From NCBI GenBank assembly GCA_965219685.1, contig CBDCOH010000002.1:288001-352000 (forward strand): 64,000 nt of DNA, in the 5' to 3' direction. This DNA is from Candidatus Spongiisociaceae bacterium. GTDB lineage: Bacteria > Actinomycetota > Acidimicrobiia > Spongiisociales > Spongiisociaceae. Every line of letters begins with the position of its first letter. The first letter of the stretch is position 1. The position numbers and the translations under genes are program-made. Below the pieces are notes generated by a model that was given only the letters and a program-made list of their open reading frames with translations, searched no databases and had not been told where the DNA came from. Shown one piece after another: positions 51,873 through 64,000 of the stretch.

Positions 51873-53024
51873 ATGATCCGATTCTTGACAGCAGGTGAAT
51901 CCCACGGGCCCGGACTGGTGACGATCGTGGAGGGTGTTCCGGCAGGGTTGACGGTCACCCGGGATGGGCTCGGCGCCGAGTTGGCCCGCCGCCGGCTCGG
52001 CTACGGGCGGGGCGCCCGGATGAAGATCGAGCAGGACAAGCTCGAGATCATGGGCGGGATCCGCCACGGACGTACCCTCGGCTCGCCGGTGGCGGTCATC
52101 ATCCGGAACACCGAGTGGCCCCGCTGGAAGGAGGAGATGTCGCCCGATCCGGGAACGCCCAAGCGGCTCATGACCACTCCCCGTCCCGGTCACGCCGACC
52201 TGGTGGGAATGCTCAAGTACGACACCAAGGACGCCCGCAACATTCTCGAGCGGGCTTCGGCGCGTGAGACTGCGGCCCGCACCATCGCCGGATACCTCGC
52301 CAAACAGATATTGGCCAGCATCGGCGCGTCGGTGGTCAGCCACGTGGTGGCTATCGGCCGCGCGGTCACCGAGACCGAGGAGTTGCCCACCATCGAGGAT
52401 CTTCCCGCGATCGACGCCTCGCAGGTGCGTGCTTTCGGCACCGATGCCGAGACGGCGATGATCTCCGAGATCGAACGGGCCAAGGGCGACCGGGACACGC
52501 TGGGCGGTGTGATGGAGGTGCTCGTCTACGGCCTGCCCCCCGGCGTCGGCTCCTACTCGCAGTGGGACCGGCGGATGGACGCGAGGTTGGGAGAAGCCCT
52601 GATGTCCATCCAGGCGATGAAGGCCGTGGAGGTGGGTGACGGCCTCGAGAGTTCCCGCCGCCGGGGCTCGGAGGCCCACGACCACATCTACTACGCCGAC
52701 GGGGAGTTCTACCGCAACACCGACCGGGCGGGCGGTACCGAGGGCGGCATGACGACCGGCCAACCCCTTCGCGTACGGGTCGCTATGAAGCCTCTTTCCA
52801 CGGTCATGCGACCGCTCCCCACCGTGAACGTGGTCACCAAGGAGCCGGAAGTCGCCTTCCGGGAGCGGTCCGATGTCTGCGCGGTCCCGGCGGCAGCCGT
52901 CGTGGCCGAGCAGATGGTGGCGATCGTGGTGACCCAGGAACTCCAGAGGAAATTCGGGGGTGACACCGTGGACGACTTCGTGGTGAACGTCACCTCCTAC
53001 CGGGCCCGGCTGCGGGCGTTCTGA
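51873..53024 (+). CDS. aroC: Chorismate synthase
   Basis: TAGESHG, PRPGHAD, ERASARETA, MKPLST, ERSDVCAVP. Confidence 0.97.
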   Translation: MIRFLTAGESHGPGLVTIVEGVPAGLTVTRDGLGAELARRRLGYGRGARMKIEQDKLEIMGGIRHGRTLGSPVAVIIRNTEWPRWKEEMSPDPGTPKRLMTTPRPGHADLVGMLKYDTKDARNILERASARETAARTIAGYLAKQILASIGASVVSHVVAIGRAVTETEELPTIEDLPAIDASQVRAFGTDAETAMISEIERAKGDRDTLGGVMEVLVYGLPPGVGSYSQWDRRMDARLGEALMSIQAMKAVEVGDGLESSRRRGSEAHDHIYYADGEFYRNTDRAGGTEGGMTTGQPLRVRVAMKPLSTVMRPLPTVNVVTKEPEVAFRERSDVCAVPAAAVVAEQMVAIVVTQELQRKFGGDTVDDFVVNVTSYRARLRAF

Positions 53025-53082
53025 TGAGCCGTACCGCCCATCCTTCAGCCGGACCACGGATGCTCCCCTAAGGGATAGGCCG

Positions 53083-54609
53083 ATGGGGAACGTGTGGCTC
53101 ATCGGGATGATGGGCTCCGGCAAGTCCACCGCGGGCAGGCGCGTCGCCGAGTCATCGAACTCGCCCTTCCTCGACATCGACCATCTCGTGGAGGAGAGAG
53201 CGGGCAAGTCGGTCACCGAGATCTTCCGCCAGGACGGCGAGGATGCCTTCCGCCGGCTGGAGTCGGCCGAGATCCGGCGCCTGGCTGCCGAAACGGCGGA
53301 ATACGGCGAGGGGACGGTTGTCTCGACCGGCGGGGGCGCCGTCCTGGACAAGGGCAGCGTGGAGGCGATGCGTCGCACCGGAGTCGTGCTCTGGCTCGAT
53401 GCGCCGGCTTCCTCCCTGGCGGTCCGGGTTGGGCGCGAGCGGCCCCTGCTGGCCGGAGCGGGGACCAGTGCCTCCCGCCTGGGTGTGATTCTCGACCGTC
53501 GCCGGCCCCTGTACGAGCAGGCCGCTCACTACAGGATCGACGCGGACCGTCCGGCTCGGGCCGTGGTGGCCGACGCTGCCCGCTACGCGAGGGTGCCCGT
53601 CGGCGGGTCATCCGAGGTCCTGATCGGACCGGGACTGCCCGCTCGCCTGCTCCCACTCTCCGAGCACCGCGAGAAGGCGGTGGTCATCGCTCAGCCGGGT
53701 GCCATGCCGGTGGCCGCGGAAGTGGTGGATCGGTTGCGCTCGGAGACCGCAGCCTCCCTCATCGAGGTTCCGGATCGCGAGGAGGCCAAGACCCTCGAGA
53801 CCCTGGGGTATCTCTACGCCCGGCTCGCCGACCTGAACCTCGGGAGGCACGACACCATTGTGGGCGTGGGGGGTGGCGCCACGACCGACGTGGCCGGGTT
53901 CGCAGCGGCGACCTGGCTGCGGGGGATCGAGTCCGTCCTGGTCCCCACAACCCTTCTCGGAGCCGTGGACGCCTCGATCGGCGGGAAGACCGGAATCAAC
54001 GTGCTCGGCAAGAACCTGGTGGGTGCGTTCTGGCATCCGTCCCGGGTGGTCATCAGCACCGATGCGCTGACCGCTCTGCCCGAGGAACTACTGCGGGAGG
54101 GTTCCGCAGAGGCGGTCAAGGCGGGCTTCATCGCCGATCCCCGCCTCGTTGAGATCTTCATGGAGCACGGATTGTCCTTCCCGCCCGCGGAGATGCTGAG
54201 GAGGGCGGTGGCCGTCAAGGCCGCGGTCGTCTCGGGGGACTTCCGGGAGACCGGGAACAGGGCGATCCTCAACTTCGGTCACACGATCGGCCATGCCGTC
54301 GAGGTGGTGTGCGGGTTGCCTCACGGCTACGCGGTCTCGGTGGGCATGGTCGCGGCTACGGCGATCTCGGCGGACCGCTACAGGTTCGACCCGAGCGTCG
54401 TCATCGACGCTATGCAACGCCTGGGCCTTCCCACCCGGGTCCAGGGCGCCGATCGGGCGTCGGTGCTCCGCCTGGTCCGGCGCGACAAGAAGCGGACGTC
54501 GGCCGGCCTCCGCATGGTCCTGCTGCGCCAGGTGGCGGACCCGGTGGTGGAGTTGGTCGACGAGTCCGCCCTGGACCTCGGGCTGAATGCTGTCGGGATC
54601 AGCGACTGA
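53083..54609 (+). CDS. aroKB: Bifunctional shikimate kinase / 3-dehydroquinate synthase (AroK-AroB fusion)
   Basis: GMMGSGKST, GEDAFRRLE, STGGG; then GGGATTDVAGF, PTTLL, GGKTGIN, KNLVGAF, LNFGHTIGHA, HGYAV in one frame. Confidence 0.93.
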   Translation: MGNVWLIGMMGSGKSTAGRRVAESSNSPFLDIDHLVEERAGKSVTEIFRQDGEDAFRRLESAEIRRLAAETAEYGEGTVVSTGGGAVLDKGSVEAMRRTGVVLWLDAPASSLAVRVGRERPLLAGAGTSASRLGVILDRRRPLYEQAAHYRIDADRPARAVVADAARYARVPVGGSSEVLIGPGLPARLLPLSEHREKAVVIAQPGAMPVAAEVVDRLRSETAASLIEVPDREEAKTLETLGYLYARLADLNLGRHDTIVGVGGGATTDVAGFAAATWLRGIESVLVPTTLLGAVDASIGGKTGINVLGKNLVGAFWHPSRVVISTDALTALPEELLREGSAEAVKAGFIADPRLVEIFMEHGLSFPPAEMLRRAVAVKAAVVSGDFRETGNRAILNFGHTIGHAVEVVCGLPHGYAVSVGMVAATAISADRYRFDPSVVIDAMQRLGLPTRVQGADRASVLRLVRRDKKRTSAGLRMVLLRQVADPVVELVDESALDLGLNAVGISD

Positions 54610-54633
54610 CCATCCCTGCTGTACAATCGGGCC

Positions 54634-55191
54634 ATGGTCTCTACCAACGATGTCAAGACCGGGATGGCGCTCGACCTCCCCGACGGGCTGTTCCAGATCA
54701 TCGAGCACCAGCATGTCAAGCCCGGCAAGGGCAGGGCGTTCGTTCGCATGAAGCTCAGGAACCTCCGTACGGGTGCCGTCATCGACCGCACCTTCCGCGC
54801 CGACGAGAACGTGCCGCAGGCCCTGATAGACCGGCGCGACCACCAGTACCTCTACCGGGACGACTTCGGTTACCACTTCATGAACCTGGAGACCTACGCC
54901 CAGTTCGCCCTCTCGGAGGACGACATCGGGGAAGCCCGCAACTACATCACCGAGGGCTCCACCGTGATGCTGCCGCTCTACGAGGACTTTCCCATCGGCA
55001 TCGAGTTGGCCGCTTCCGTCCAGTTGGAGGTCACCGCCGCGGAACCCGCAGTCCGGGGGGACCGGGTGTCGGGAGCGACCAAGCCGGTTACGCTCGAAAC
55101 GGGTCTGGTCGTCCAGGCGCCGCTCTTCATCGACGCCGGCGACACCATAAAGGTTGACACCCGGTCCGGAACGTACATATCCCGGGTCTGA
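54634..55191 (+). CDS. efp: Elongation factor P
   Basis: HVKPGKG, RGDRVSGATKP, LETG, VDTRSG. Confidence 0.97.
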   Translation: MVSTNDVKTGMALDLPDGLFQIIEHQHVKPGKGRAFVRMKLRNLRTGAVIDRTFRADENVPQALIDRRDHQYLYRDDFGYHFMNLETYAQFALSEDDIGEARNYITEGSTVMLPLYEDFPIGIELAASVQLEVTAAEPAVRGDRVSGATKPVTLETGLVVQAPLFIDAGDTIKVDTRSGTYISRV

Positions 55192-55219
55192 GAACAGAAC
55201 AGACACCTCGCTTCCCGCC

Positions 55220-55594
55220 ATGAAGAGACAGGAGCCGCGCGCCAGGGCGCTTGAAGCGCTCTACCAAGCGGACATGCGCGAGGTGGACGACCCGGCTCGG
55301 GGGCTGAGCGGACGGGCGCGCCGCTACGTGGAAGGGGTGTCCAGCCGCCGGGAGACGTTGGACAGCCGTATCGAGGCCGCATCCGAGCGCTGGCCGTTGC
55401 ACCGGATGGCCGCGGTCGACCGGACGATCCTGCGTCTGGCACTCTACGAACTCCTGTACGAGGCGACACCTACCGCGGTGGTGATCGACGAGGCTGTGGA
55501 ACTCGCCAAGCGGTACTCGACGAGGGGAAGCGGCGCCTTTGTCAACGGGGTGCTGGCTGCCCTGGCCCACCAGGTACGGGCTGGTGAGTGGTGA
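55220..55594 (+). CDS. nusB: Transcription antitermination factor NusB
   Basis: RMAAVDRTILRLALYE, VIDEAVELAKRYS, FVNGVL; stop lies in the heptamer array. Confidence 0.93.
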   Translation: MKRQEPRARALEALYQADMREVDDPARGLSGRARRYVEGVSSRRETLDSRIEAASERWPLHRMAAVDRTILRLALYELLYEATPTAVVIDEAVELAKRYSTRGSGAFVNGVLAALAHQVRAGEW

Positions 55595-55623
55595 GTGGTG
55601 AGTGGTGAGTGGTGAATGGTGAA
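55582..55623. repeat. Tandem heptamer array (TGGTGAG)x4 (TGGTGAA)x2
   Basis: Directly read; supplies the nusB TGA. Confidence 0.95.
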
Positions 55624-55690
55624 TGGTGGTGAATCTTGAGGGTATCCGACTGTTGAGCTCGTACCGGGTCACGACGAGCCGGGTGTGGCA
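55617..55690. repeat. 74-bp direct repeat, copy 1
   Basis: Ungapped match to 56037-56110 (57/74 identical by manual count), followed by GCAACTG GCAACCG GCACCTC heptamers. Confidence 0.85.
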
Positions 55691-55706
55691 ACTGGCAACC
55701 GGCACC

Positions 55707-55991
55707 TCAACCGGTGGCGGCGTGTCCCGTGCCAGGTTCCCTGACTGACCGTGGGGTAGGTGTGACCATGGTTTCGATGCGGACGATCCGTTCACCGTGC
55801 ACCTTGATGTCAGCACGCGTGTCTTTGATTTCGGATCGCGCGTCGTTGATTTCCGATCGGACATCCCGGATATCGGATCGCACGTCCCGGATGTCGGACC
55901 GGATCTCCTTGATGTCGGACCGTATCCAGAGCAGGAGTGCGCTCAGCAGTATGCCGACGACGCCGATCGAGGCGGAGAGAGTCGCTTCCAT
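55707..55991 (-). CDS. Small membrane-anchored heptad-repeat coiled-coil protein
   Basis: TATGTT 7 nt before ATG 55991; TM IGVVGILLSALLLW, then IRSDIKE IRSDIRD VRSDIRD VRSEIND ARSEIKD TRADIKV (21-bp repeats), then ERIVRIE. Confidence 0.75.
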   Translation of the reverse strand: MEATLSASIGVVGILLSALLLWIRSDIKEIRSDIRDVRSDIRDVRSEINDARSEIKDTRADIKVHGERIVRIETMVTPTPRSVREPGTGHAATG

Positions 55992-56036
55992 GGTGCTAAA
56001 CATATCCCATCCGGTACCCGCCGGGAACCCCCTTGT

Positions 56037-56110
56037 TGGTGGATGGTGCCGACTCTTGACGGTACTCGGCTGCCGAGCCAGGACCGGGCAACGATGAGCC
56101 AGGTGTGGCA
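56037..56110. repeat. 74-bp direct repeat, copy 2
   Basis: See copy 1; offset exactly 420 bp. Confidence 0.85.
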
Positions 56111-56121
56111 CACCGTCAGCT

Positions 56122-56149
56122 CCTAACACCCGACCCCTAACACCCGACC
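56122..56149. repeat. C/A-rich 14-bp tandem duplication (CCTAACA CCCGACC)x2
   Basis: Directly read; upstream of the pyr promoter. Confidence 0.8.
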
Positions 56150-56195
56150 CCGGCGGTCCGCCAGGTTCTTGTCCTGTACTGCTACCATGAGCCGA

Positions 56196-56226
56196 CCTTT
56201 AACTCGGTCCCGTGAGGCCGGAAAGG
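56196..56226 (+). promoter_or_regulatory. PyrR-binding RNA stem-loop (pyr operon leader)
   Basis: CCTTTAA-CTCGGTCCCGTGAGGCCG-GAAAGG matches the PyrR binding loop consensus (UUUAA ... UCCNGNGAGGY); lies upstream of pyrR, after -10 TACCAT at 56183. Confidence 0.88.
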
Positions 56227-56337
56227 AGACCGCTTGCGGCTGTTCAGGGCGCGGTACCCGCGGCGTTTGGCCCCTGGGTTCCAGCACCGACTGCTTCCCC
56301 CCGGCTGTGTTGGTCGACCCGCGTCCAGGAGGTGTTG

Positions 56338-56916
56338 TTGCCGCTAGTCATGACCGCGGAGGATGTGAGCAGGGCGGTCCGGCGCATTGCCCACGAGGTC
56401 ATCGAGGGATCGCCCGGTGTGCTTCCGGTACTGGTCGGGATCCACACCCGGGGCGTGCCCCTCGCCGGCCGGATCGCGGATGCAATCCGGGATTTCGGTG
56501 GATCAGAGGTCCCGGTTGGCGCTCTCGACATCGGTCTGCACCGCGACGATCTGGCCCGCCGGCCCACCGCGCCGCTCGCAGCGACCCGCCTGCCCGTGAA
56601 CATCACGGATCGCACGGTGGTGCTGGTGGACGATGTCCTCTTCACAGGACGAACCGTGCGCGCCGCCCTCGACGCTCTCAACGACTTCGGGCGTCCCTCC
56701 GTGGTGAGATTGGCGGTATTGGTGGATCGGGGGCACAGGCAGCTACCCATCCGGCCCGACCATGTGGGTAAGAACGTGCCCACGTCGAGGATCGAACGTG
56801 TCTCCGTGCGGCTTTCCGAGATAGACGGAGAGGGGGATGGGGTGTGGATCCATCCCAGACTCGAGTCCCCGGACCGGCGGCGGCAGGACATCGACGTCAA
56901 GGAGATCACCGCATGA
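56338..56916 (+). CDS. pyrR: Pyrimidine operon regulator / UPRTase
   Basis: [46 protein letters not shown]; AGGAGG RBS. Start may be 56335-56350. Confidence 0.95.
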   Translation: MPLVMTAEDVSRAVRRIAHEVIEGSPGVLPVLVGIHTRGVPLAGRIADAIRDFGGSEVPVGALDIGLHRDDLARRPTAPLAATRLPVNITDRTVVLVDDVLFTGRTVRAALDALNDFGRPSVVRLAVLVDRGHRQLPIRPDHVGKNVPTSRIERVSVRLSEIDGEGDGVWIHPRLESPDRRRQDIDVKEITA

Positions 56917-57821
56917 GCTTTCTGACCACCAGGGGCGTCCCCCGCCGGGATCTCGAGGAGCTCCTCGACCTCGCCGGGGAGTTCAAGGAAGTTCTCTCCA
57001 GGCCCATTCCGAAGGTGCCGGCGCTGCAGGGCAAGTTGGTCGCCAACATGTTCTTCGAGAACTCCACGCGCACGCGGCTCTCCTTCGAGCGCGCCACCAG
57101 GGCATTGTCAGCAGATGTCATGAACTTCAGCGCAGGGGCCTCCTCCCTCTCCAAGGGCGAGAGCCTCAAGGACACCGCCCAGACCATCGAAGCTCTGGGC
57201 GCGGACCTCATGGTGGTGAGGCACAAGGCGACCGGCGTCCCTTGGCAGATCGCCGGATGGGTCCAGTGTCCGGTCGTGAACGCAGGCGACGGCGCCCACC
57301 AGCATCCGACCCAGGCCCTTCTGGACTGCCTCACGCTGCGGCAGCGATTTGGCGGCCTCGACGGGCTCCGGGTGGCCATCGTGGGCGACATCCGCCACTC
57401 GAGGGTCGCCCGTTCCAACGTTTTCGCCTTCACGACGCTGGGCGCCCGAGTGGTTCTGGTCGCCCCCAAGACGTTGCAGGCAGTGTCCTCCGCGGGCTGG
57501 TCGGCCGACACGACCGATGATCTCGATGCGGTCCTCGGGGAGGTGGACGTGGTCTACCTGTTACGCATCCAGGCGGAAAGAGGGGGTCTGTCGGTGTTCC
57601 CGTCCCTGCCGGAGTACGTGTCCCGCTACGGGCTGACCCGCGAGCGCTTCGCCCGGTTGTCTCCCGACGCGGTCGTGTTGCACCCGGGACCGATGAACCG
57701 GGGCGTGGAGATAGGCGATACGGTGGCCGCCCACCCGCGCGCTCTGATCCGCGATCAGGTGGCCAACGGGGTGGCGACCCGGATGGCCGTGTTGTTCGCG
57801 CTGCTGGGAGGTAAGGCGTGA
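56913..57821 (+). CDS. pyrB: Aspartate carbamoyltransferase
   Basis: [39 protein letters not shown]. Confidence 0.97.
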   Translation: MSFLTTRGVPRRDLEELLDLAGEFKEVLSRPIPKVPALQGKLVANMFFENSTRTRLSFERATRALSADVMNFSAGASSLSKGESLKDTAQTIEALGADLMVVRHKATGVPWQIAGWVQCPVVNAGDGAHQHPTQALLDCLTLRQRFGGLDGLRVAIVGDIRHSRVARSNVFAFTTLGARVVLVAPKTLQAVSSAGWSADTTDDLDAVLGEVDVVYLLRIQAERGGLSVFPSLPEYVSRYGLTRERFARLSPDAVVLHPGPMNRGVEIGDTVAAHPRALIRDQVANGVATRMAVLFALLGGKA

Positions 57822-59164
57822 ACGCCGTAAGGCTCGTAGGCGGGACGGCCCTCACCCCCGGAGGCGCCGTCCGGGCCGACGTGCGGATCCGCGACGGCCG
57901 GGTCGTGGATGTAGTGCCGGGTTTCGGGGATGACGGCCGGGGGCCGGGCGTCCCGTCGGGCGACCGGATGATCGACGTGGCAGGCCTGATCGTGGGTCCG
58001 GGACTGGTCGATCTGCACGCCCATCTGCGCGAGCCCGGCCAGGAGTGGAAGGAGGACATCGCCTCCGGGTCCTCCGCCGCAGCGGCCGGAGGATTCACCG
58101 CCGTGGTCGCCATGCCGAACACGAGTCCTCCCACGGACGCGGGGCACTTGGCCCGCTACATCGCGGATCGCGGGAGGCAGGTCGGCCTGGCTGACGTGGT
58201 GCCGGCCGGATGCATCACTGCCGGCCAGGAAGGTAGGCGCCTGGCTCATCTCGACGATTTGTTCGCGGCGGGAGTGCGGGTCTTCACCGATGACGGTCAC
58301 ACGGTGGCCGACGCGGGGTTGCTGCGCAGAGCCATGGAGTACCTGGAGTCCCGGGGAGGGTTGATAGCCCAGCACGCCGAGGATCCCGGCCTGAGCCGGG
58401 GAGGCCACATGCACGAGGGCAAGGTCTCGTCGCTGCTCGGTATGGTGGGGCTTCCTGCTCTGGCCGAGACGGTGGTCGTGGCCCGCGATCTGGCCCTGGC
58501 GGAACTCACCGGCGCGCCCTACCACGTGCAGCATGTGAGCTGCGCGCGGACCGTCGAGTTGATCCACGCCGCCAAGCAGCGAGGGGTGGCGGTGACAGCC
58601 GAGGTGACTCCCCACCATCTCTGGTTCACAGACGAGCACGTCATGTCGATGCACCCGGTCTTCAGGATGTACCCGCCACTACGTACCCGGTCCGACATCG
58701 AGGCTCTCATCGACGGCCTGCGGGAAGGCGTTATCGACGCGGTCGCCACCGATCATGCCCCTCACGCCGCTCACGAGAAGGACGTTCCCTTCGAGGATGC
58801 ACCCAACGGGGTGACCGGGCTGGAGACGGCCTTCTCCGCCGTCCGCTCGGTACTCGACTGCGATCCGCGCAAGCTGTTCCGTCGGATGTCCGTGACACCG
58901 GCCGCCATCGCCGGCCTCGAGCGGCACGGTCGCTGGATCGAGCCCGGTATCCCGGCCAACCTGGTCGTGGTGAACTGGGACGCGGTCTGGAGGCCTGACC
59001 ACTTCCGCTCCAAGTCCTCCAACTCCCCCTTTGCCGGTGTGCAGCTCACCGGGAAGGTGTGTTACACGTTCCACGACGGCCGGCTCTCCTACGATTCCGG
59101 GGCATCTCGCGATTCCTCCACGGGCGAAGCAGCGCGCGCGATCCCGGCCGGTGGAATCCAATGA
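57818..59164 (+). CDS. pyrC: Dihydroorotase
   Basis: [37 protein letters not shown]. Confidence 0.95.
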   Translation: MNAVRLVGGTALTPGGAVRADVRIRDGRVVDVVPGFGDDGRGPGVPSGDRMIDVAGLIVGPGLVDLHAHLREPGQEWKEDIASGSSAAAAGGFTAVVAMPNTSPPTDAGHLARYIADRGRQVGLADVVPAGCITAGQEGRRLAHLDDLFAAGVRVFTDDGHTVADAGLLRRAMEYLESRGGLIAQHAEDPGLSRGGHMHEGKVSSLLGMVGLPALAETVVVARDLALAELTGAPYHVQHVSCARTVELIHAAKQRGVAVTAEVTPHHLWFTDEHVMSMHPVFRMYPPLRTRSDIEALIDGLREGVIDAVATDHAPHAAHEKDVPFEDAPNGVTGLETAFSAVRSVLDCDPRKLFRRMSVTPAAIAGLERHGRWIEPGIPANLVVVNWDAVWRPDHFRSKSSNSPFAGVQLTGKVCYTFHDGRLSYDSGASRDSSTGEAARAIPAGGIQ

Positions 59165-60326
59165 GGAGCGGGATCCTCGTCACGGCCGACGGGGAGGTGT
59201 TCGAGGGTAGGTCGGTGGGGACCGACGGAGTCCGGGTCGGTGAGGCCGTTTTCAACACTTCCATGACCGGCTACCAGGAGGTGCTTTCCGACCCGTCCTA
59301 CGCCGGGCAGGTCGTGGTCATGACCTCGCCCCATATCGGCAACTACGGGGTCAGCGATCACGACGACCAGGCAACCGCGCCGGCTGCCCGGGGCTTGGTG
59401 GTGCGTTCCCTCTCGCGGCGCCATTCCAACTGGCGCTCCGAGGGGAGCCTGGCCTCTTACCTGGTCACCCATGATCTGGTCGCCCTGGCCGACCTGGACA
59501 CCCGGCGGCTAACCCGGCATCTCCGGGACTTCGGGGCGATGCCGGTTGCGATCGGCACGGATGTCGATACTGGGGAGATGCGGGAGATCGCCGCCTCGGC
59601 GCCACGCATGGAGGGCCAAGATCTCGCCACCGGGGTGACCACCCCGGTCCCATACCGGATCGAGCCGTCCACGACGCCGGTGGGCCGGGTGGTGGCGATC
59701 GACCTCGGTATGAAGCGCGATATCGGACGCCGCTTGGCGGCCCACGGGCTGGAGGTCGATGTCCTGCCGGCCACCTGCTCGGCCGACGAGATCCTCGATC
59801 TGAGTCCGGACGGGGTGTTCCTGTCCAACGGCCCCGGCGATCCGTACGCCTTGGGGGACCAGATCCGCGCGGTCCGCGGTGTGCTGGGTGAGGCGCCGCT
59901 CTTCGGCATATGTCTGGGCCACCAGATCCTGGGGCTTGCTTTGGGCGCCACGACCTTCAAGCTTCCGTTCGGTCACCACGGCGGCAACCATCCGGTCCGG
60001 AGGCTCGACGACGGCCGCGTCGAGATCACCGCGCAGAATCACGGGTTCGCGGTGGATCTCTGGTCGCTGGCCGGCCGTCAGGGGCCGGAACGCACCGGTC
60101 TGGCCGGTCCTGAACTTCTACCCGAACAGGTGACGAGCGACTTCGGCGAAGTGCGGCCGACCCATCAGAATCTGAATGACGGGACGCTCGAGGGGCTCCG
60201 ATGCCTCGACGTTCCCGCTTTCTCGGTCCAGTACCACCCCGAGGCAGCGCCCGGCCCTCACGATTCGCTGGGTCTGTTCGACGACTTCATGGAACTGATC
60301 GGGCTGACCGCTCCGGACGTCGCCTG

Positions 60327-60327
<1 letters not shown>
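59161..60327 (+). CDS. carA: Carbamoyl-phosphate synthase small subunit
   Basis: [37 protein letters not shown]. Confidence 0.97.
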
Positions 60328-63571
<3,244 letters not shown>

Positions 63572-63572
<1 letters not shown>

Positions 63573-64000
63573 TGGATCGCGCCGTCGTGCTAGGACCGGT
63601 CGAACTCCGATCCCCGTTGATCGGGGCTTCGGGCACCGTCGGGTCCGGGGTTGACTTCGTGGCTGTGGCCGACCCCGGGCGCTACGGGGCGCTGGTCGCC
63701 AAGTCGGTCGCTCCGGACCCCTGGAGCGGGAACCGCCCGCCCCGCCTGGCGCCGGCCGGATTGGGGATGCTCAACGCGATAGGTATCCAGAACCCGGGTA
63801 TCGAGGAGTGGGCGTCCCAGTTCGGCCCACGGTTGGGCGGGATCGGCGTTCCCGTCTGGGGCTCAGCCGTGGGGCACACCCCCGAGGACTTCGCCCGGGT
63901 GGCGAAGGGTCTGGAGGATGCCGGCGTGCAGGCGGTCGAGATCAACCTCTCCTGCCCCAACCTCGACGGACATGGCCTGATTGCACTGGACCCCGCCGCG
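63572..64000 (+). CDS. pyrD: Dihydroorotate dehydrogenase family 1 (1B-like) catalytic subunit, truncated by window edge (absent from ORF track)
   Basis: Manual translation MDRAVVLGPVELRSPLIGASGT...AKSV...GNRPPRL...GMLNAIGIQNPG...EINLSCPN; TGATG overlap with carB. Confidence 0.93.

Overview
High-GC actinobacterial chromosome segment, probably class Acidimicrobiia. This is an inference from F420-type enzymes, the Gram-positive LexA box, leaderless promoters, queA/tgt and family-1 PyrD. Most of the window is a conserved + strand backbone: nif3/zinc-ribbon, ycaQ, 5-FCL, ideR, a tad/Flp pilus operon, ruvCAB, queA-tgt-yajC-secDF-apt-rel, hisS-aspS-rarA, alaS-ruvX-mltG-aroE-pilD, aroC-aroKB-efp-nusB, and a PyrR-site-led pyrR-pyrB-pyrC-carA-carB-pyrD operon. 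Small accessory inserts interrupt it: a topoisomerase-zinc-finger/HNH fusion cut by the left edge, a hipA pseudogene, an orphan binding protein next to a TorS-like kinase, three type II TA loci (one with a frameshifted toxin), an uncharacterised overlapping two-gene module before alaS, a PhyH-family enzyme with an HxG iron site, and a small coiled-coil gene boxed by two 74-bp direct repeats. The most striking non-coding signal is a family of 7-bp-period arrays at gene edges. They are G/T-rich just after stop codons, often supplying the stop, and C/A-rich just before -10 boxes. No rRNA, tRNA, CRISPR array, transposase or integrase was seen. All calls come from reading the sequence and recalling family motifs; no searches were run.
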